Source of the DNA: an uncultured Verrucomicrobiae bacterium
GTDB lineage: Bacteria; Verrucomicrobiota; Verrucomicrobiia; Chthoniobacterales; JAFAMB01
NCBI GenBank assembly: GCA_963837955.1
Contig: CAWIPH010000002.1
Location: 3,904,001 to 3,968,000, forward strand
DNA length: 64,000 nt
Direction: 5' to 3'
Within the stretch, counting starts at the first letter, position 1. Each line of letters starts with the position of its first letter. The position numbers and the translations under genes were made by a program. Below, piece after piece: positions 59,605 to 64,000 of this stretch. A model generated the notes under the pieces. The model worked only from the letters and a program-made list of their open reading frames with translations. It was not told the origin of the DNA and did not search any database.

Positions 59605-62415
59605 CTACCCGTTATCGGGCGGATTCTTCCGAAGATTTTTCCCGGTCCGCTCGGTCGGATACGCTGCCTCTCCTTTGAGACCGGTCCAAATGATGCGGTT
59701 ATAGGCCCCCGGATCGCTGATGTTATCTTCCTTCGTAAAATCAAACTGTTTGGTCTTTTCCGCCCAGTAAGCGGCGTCGTGAGTGGGGTGCAGCACAGCG
59801 CCTTGCTTCTTAGGAACAGGGAGTTGGGTATCCGCGAGATAACTCGATGGTTCAGCATGAAAGTTCCAATCCTTTTGATTCAGATCGAACACCTCCGTCA
59901 TCGGTCGCGCGGTGGCGGTGTGGAGATCGAGATGTTCTAATGCCAGCACATCCTCAATCGTCCGGATCAGGCTGACCGTAGTATAAAACTCCGACACCAC
60001 TTTGCCCTGCTTCACATACGGTCCAATGACGTAAGCAGTTGAACGATGGGCGTCGACGTGGTCTTCACCGGACTGAGCATCATCCTCGAGAACGAAAATA
60101 AGCGTGTCGGCTTTGTAGGGACTGTTAGCGACCTTCTCTACTAACTTTCCAACCGCATAGTCGTTATCGGCCTGCTGCCGTTCCGGCGTATTCACGCCGT
60201 CAATCGCAGTGCCAAACGACCCAGTGTGATCGGCACCCAATCGAACCAGGCTGAGCGACGGGAGTCTGCCGTTTTTCGCAAAGTCATCAAATTCCCGTTC
60301 CCATTCCGCTTCGCGCCAATAATCCGGAAAAGCTTGATCAAACCCGCGAAAGTAGACGTCGGTCGCGTCCGACAATTCCGCCTTCGTCGGATAAGCAACC
60401 ACTAAGTTCTTTTCGAACGGATGACGTTCTAACGGGATGCGGTCGGGAGGCGGAATCGAATAGCGAGTAATATCGAGGAAAAAACCGTAATTGCGCACCG
60501 TTTTGCCTCCGCGCAAGACAGCATCCCAGATGTAGCCCTGACCCGGGTTGTTGCCTCCTGGCCCATCCGGAGCAGCCACGTCGGCCGTGCCGGGCACCAG
60601 ATTGGGGTCTTCCGGCGTGATCGGATTAGCGGCAACCCGAGCAGCCAAGGAACTAAGACCTACGTTAATATTTCGGTTTGTCCCCTCGTAATCATAGGTC
60701 GTTCCGCGATCGGCGTAGTTTAGGCCGACCGATTTGACGCCAATATCGCTTTCCCGGGCAGCAGTACTCCATGGCCAACCGTTTGCGCTGACGTCGCCGG
60801 AATCATAGAAATTGTCGAGGCAGACAAATTGGCTGGCCATATGGTGAAAATTCGGAGTCATTGCGCTTCCGTATTCGGCCAGACTTGCGTCACCATTCCC
60901 GCGATCGAGATCCCCCAGAATTTGATCATAGGTTCGGTTTTCCTTAATGATGTATATGACGTGCCTGATTTTGCGCTTGAGCTGCGCCATCAACTGTTGG
61001 TCAGCCGGAGGCGGTTTGGCAGAAAGCAAATCGCCCTCCGCCGCCGCCCGAGTCAGATCGGAGAGCGCGTGCGCATCGGGCACCGGAACGGTCAACAATG
61101 ACGACTTCAAAAATTCTTCGACGTAATGGAATGGAAGTTGGCCCACTTGCTTCCCTCCGTTAGGTCCTGTTCGGCTTTTCCCGTTCAAAATATACAAACG
61201 TTGGCCATCTCCGCTGACGGAGATGGAATTCGGATAAAAGCCGGTTGGAATCAATCCGGCTACCTTCGGTTGCAGCGGCACTCCCTGAATCACCGCGATA
61301 GAGTTCATCCCCCCGTTCGTGACATACAAAACATGTTCATCGGGCGACAAAGCTAAACTATTTGGGCTGGCACCATGAAGATCCCAGAGGCCTTCCGTGA
61401 GGAGATCGTTTGTCGCCGCCGTCTTGATCGATTTGACGACTGCGTTTCGGGCGGTGTCGATGATGTCAAGGCTGTCACTGTTGTCCTCGGACGCGTACAA
61501 ATATTTGCCAGCTCGATCGATCAACAAACGGTTTGGATTCCCGGCTGTCTTAATGCGGGTGACCACATTCGGTTGATCGCCCAGATGAATCACTACGATC
61601 TCGCGATCTCGAATACTCGAAACATAAGCGGTATCGTTTCCTTTTAACGCTACCCAAAATGGATATTCGCCTCCTGGCGTACCAGCTACGCTTGTATCCA
61701 GTTTGCCGGGGCGCAAATCCAATTCCTTCGTTACGCGCTCACTCGCCAGATCGATGATCGAGACCGAATCGTTGCAGAGATTGACGACGACCAGGGTTTG
61801 CCCGTCAGGCGTAACGGCGATCCCGGCTGTCACCGGCGGATTTTGTCTCAGTCCAAGACCGTTACCCGCGGTGTGATCAAGCGCGATGGGTGAGCCGGTT
61901 TCACTCCAGGAACCGTCAGCCTGCAAGCTGAAGGAATGAATATTGTCATCCTTTCCACCCCCAACGTAAAACTTCTTCCCATTGGGATCGAAGGCGATTC
62001 CGGCAAATGTGTTCGGCACTTGCAGCACCTGTTTCTGAATCGGTTTACTGCCGGCGATGTTAAAAACGAAAATGTATTGACCGGAATCCGCATCAATTCG
62101 TTTCTTATCTTTTCCGCGCAAAACATTGTGTCCACTGGTTAGGACTAGCAAGGTTTGTTGATCTGGACTGATGACCGTTGTTATTCCGCCACTTGCGATA
62201 AACGTTGGAAAATCGGGGAGGCCCGGGTTTAGCCAATCAAGGTGCGCACCTGGCACCGCCAGCGGTGAGATAGTTTGCCCGGTCGGCAAAATTTCGGGTT
62301 GCGTACTTTGTTCCCGGTCATCGCCTTCGGCTAACACCGGGAAGATAACGGTATAGAAAAGAGCGCAACCGATCATCGCAGATGCAAAGGAGCAGCCTGG
62401 TACCTCGATCTTCAT
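59605..62415 (-). CDS. Secreted YncE-like beta-propeller + phosphoesterase protein
   Basis: Signal peptide, propeller repeats, YIIKENRTYDQILGD, DNFY and EDDAQSGEDHVDAHRS. Confidence 0.88.
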   Translation of the reverse strand: MKIEVPGCSFASAMIGCALFYTVIFPVLAEGDDREQSTQPEILPTGQTISPLAVPGAHLDWLNPGLPDFPTFIASGGITTVISPDQQTLLVLTSGHNVLRGKDKKRIDADSGQYIFVFNIAGSKPIQKQVLQVPNTFAGIAFDPNGKKFYVGGGKDDNIHSFSLQADGSWSETGSPIALDHTAGNGLGLRQNPPVTAGIAVTPDGQTLVVVNLCNDSVSIIDLASERVTKELDLRPGKLDTSVAGTPGGEYPFWVALKGNDTAYVSSIRDREIVVIHLGDQPNVVTRIKTAGNPNRLLIDRAGKYLYASEDNSDSLDIIDTARNAVVKSIKTAATNDLLTEGLWDLHGASPNSLALSPDEHVLYVTNGGMNSIAVIQGVPLQPKVAGLIPTGFYPNSISVSGDGQRLYILNGKSRTGPNGGKQVGQLPFHYVEEFLKSSLLTVPVPDAHALSDLTRAAAEGDLLSAKPPPADQQLMAQLKRKIRHVIYIIKENRTYDQILGDLDRGNGDASLAEYGSAMTPNFHHMASQFVCLDNFYDSGDVSANGWPWSTAARESDIGVKSVGLNYADRGTTYDYEGTNRNINVGLSSLAARVAANPITPEDPNLVPGTADVAAPDGPGGNNPGQGYIWDAVLRGGKTVRNYGFFLDITRYSIPPPDRIPLERHPFEKNLVVAYPTKAELSDATDVYFRGFDQAFPDYWREAEWEREFDDFAKNGRLPSLSLVRLGADHTGSFGTAIDGVNTPERQQADNDYAVGKLVEKVANSPYKADTLIFVLEDDAQSGEDHVDAHRSTAYVIGPYVKQGKVVSEFYTTVSLIRTIEDVLALEHLDLHTATARPMTEVFDLNQKDWNFHAEPSSYLADTQLPVPKKQGAVLHPTHDAAYWAEKTKQFDFTKEDNISDPGAYNRIIWTGLKGEAAYPTERTGKNLRKNPPDNG

Positions 62416-62523
62416 GGTCCTGTAGAGCTATCGAAAATAGGGAACCTGATGCAACGGGTTTCGATTCAAGCGCCGAAGATTTCGTTTTGTCTTGATCAGT
62501 TCCCGGAAGAAGGAAGAGGACTC

Positions 62524-62597
62524 AACCCGGGGTTTTAACCCTGTGCGGGAGGGATCGCGTCCTCGCGATCCGCGGCGCACGAGGACGTGCGCCCTCC
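62524..62597. repeat. Partial composite REP element
   Basis: AACCCGGGGTTTTAACCC plus a GGAGGGATCGCG...GCGCCCTCC unit. Confidence 0.85.
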
Positions 62598-62774
62598 CCC
62601 CTCCGGGGCAGAAAACCGGACATCGTCCTTATGTTAACCCGCATGGGCTCCCGTCGGACCGAATCAGACCAAGACGGGGTGTTGTCCAACCGATCGAATA
62701 GCGCGTCCAGAAAGCCAGCAAGATTTCGCGGCCCAGCGGAAGCCGATCCTGGGAATGCTAGGCGGCAGATCCGT

Positions 62775-63398
62775 CTAGTTTTTCGACTGCGCCTTCTCTT
62801 TCTCTAGCAGTTTCTCAAATTTCTCAACTTTCGGCGCCACAACCAATCGGCAGTAGCCTTGGGTTGGGTTCTTCGAGAAATAATCCTGGTGATAATCTTC
62901 GGCTGCGTAGAAATGGGTTAAAGGAACGATTTCCGTAACGATCGGCTTTGGCCAATCCGATTGGACCTCCGCTTTGATCTTCTCAGCGGCTGTCTTCTGC
63001 GCGTCGCTGGTATACAATATGATTGATCGATACTGCGTACCAACGTCCGGTCCCTGACGATTCAACGTCGTTGGGTCGTGCGCCTTAAAGAAATTTCTGA
63101 GCAAATCTTCGTAGCTGACTTTGGTGGGATCGAATTCGACTTGGATCACTTCCGCGTGGCCGGTTGTATCGGTGCAAACTTGTTCGTAGGTGGGATTCGG
63201 CGTCTTCCCACCGGCATACCCAGAGGTGACGTTCTTGACACCCGGCAAGAGCTTGAATTGGGCATCTAGACACCAAAAGCAGCCTCCTCCCAAAACCGCG
63301 GTTTCCGTTTGACCTTGAGCTTGGTTCATATCCGCTAACGATGTGACCGCCCAGCCGCCGAAGCAAGCAACCACGAGAAATCTCAGCAGCGTGTGCAT
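62775..63398 (-). CDS. msrA: Peptide methionine sulfoxide reductase A (with signal peptide)
   Basis: GGGCFWC, GHAEVI, HDPTTLNRQG and AEDYHQDY motifs. Confidence 0.96.
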   Translation of the reverse strand: MHTLLRFLVVACFGGWAVTSLADMNQAQGQTETAVLGGGCFWCLDAQFKLLPGVKNVTSGYAGGKTPNPTYEQVCTDTTGHAEVIQVEFDPTKVSYEDLLRNFFKAHDPTTLNRQGPDVGTQYRSIILYTSDAQKTAAEKIKAEVQSDWPKPIVTEIVPLTHFYAAEDYHQDYFSKNPTQGYCRLVVAPKVEKFEKLLEKEKAQSKN

Positions 63399-63404
63399 AT
63401 CCGG

Positions 63405-63914
63405 TTACTTGAAGAGCTTGAGATATTCGCCGTATCCTTCGGCTTCCATTTTATCCACCGGGACAAATCGGAGAGCGGCCGAGTTCATGCAATAACGTAG
63501 GCCGGTCGGTTGGGGACCGTCATCGAACACGTGCCCTAAATGCGCTTTGCTCGCTTCCGAGACAACTTCATCGCGAACCATGCCGTGAGAGGCATCTCCT
63601 TTTGTCTCCACAGCCCCATCTTTAATCGGCTTGGTGAAACTGGGCCAGCCGGTACCAGAATCAAACTTGTCTTTGGAGCTGAATAGCGGAACACCAGTAA
63701 TGAGATCCACGTAGATGCCATCGGCGTGATTGTTCCAGTAAGCATTGTGAAAGGCAGGCTCCGTTCCACATTGCTGCGTCACGTAATACTGCTCAGGAGT
63801 AAGCTTTTTCTTGAGTACTTCTTCGGAGGGTTTTGACATATCTGTCGAAGTTTGGCTCCAGACCGTTGCGGGAGCAATTGCTGCGATTGCAAAGAATAGA
63901 ACCGATATTCTCAT
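63405..63914 (-). CDS. msrB: Peptide methionine sulfoxide reductase B (with signal peptide)
   Basis: [27 protein letters not shown] and RYCMNSAAL motifs. Confidence 0.96.
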   Translation of the reverse strand: MRISVLFFAIAAIAPATVWSQTSTDMSKPSEEVLKKKLTPEQYYVTQQCGTEPAFHNAYWNNHADGIYVDLITGVPLFSSKDKFDSGTGWPSFTKPIKDGAVETKGDASHGMVRDEVVSEASKAHLGHVFDDGPQPTGLRYCMNSAALRFVPVDKMEAEGYGEYLKLFK

Positions 63915-64000
63915 ATTACGCTCTTCTAATATAAGGAGCGCGTGATTCGGTTCTTATTCCAGACGTTGTTCCTAATCTATTTGCGCGGTCGGGGATCGCT

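Overview
Bacterial chromosomal window. Gene content and REP-type repeats suggest a soil Verrucomicrobiota (Chthoniobacterales-like) organism; this taxonomy is inference. Housekeeping flanks (1-19.4 kb and 48.6-64 kb: Fe-ADH, rsmA-Nudix, bcp, nadA, moeA, GH3, MFS, ECF sigma operon, ptrB, glgX, ABC-F, msrAB) surround two islands stacked in tandem at the 3' end of a tRNA-Ser(GCT) (48492-48579, minus strand). The tRNA 3' end recurs at 27601 and 19481. Island A (27601-48521, about 20.9 kb) looks like a phage satellite. It has a tyrosine integrase, an AlpA-like protein, a primase, an SF3-like helicase and an iteron origin, then a lambda-like cosQ/cosN site directly before a Nu1-like small terminase, with no recognisable large terminase, capsid, portal or tail. 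Its cargo is defence-like: a frameshifted type I RM operon interrupted by DUF5131/TcmP, a Panacea/YwgA-like plus proteasome-beta-like gene pair, and a DUF3800 gene with a structured RNA overlapping its stop codon. Island B (19481-27635) has no integrase and is decaying. It carries a TPR protein, an H-type lectin, a second proteasome-beta-like pseudogene, and YoeB with an atypical antitoxin plus a divergent RHH gene. Several nested REP/palindromic repeat families occur between genes. All product calls come from motif recognition by eye, with no database searches.
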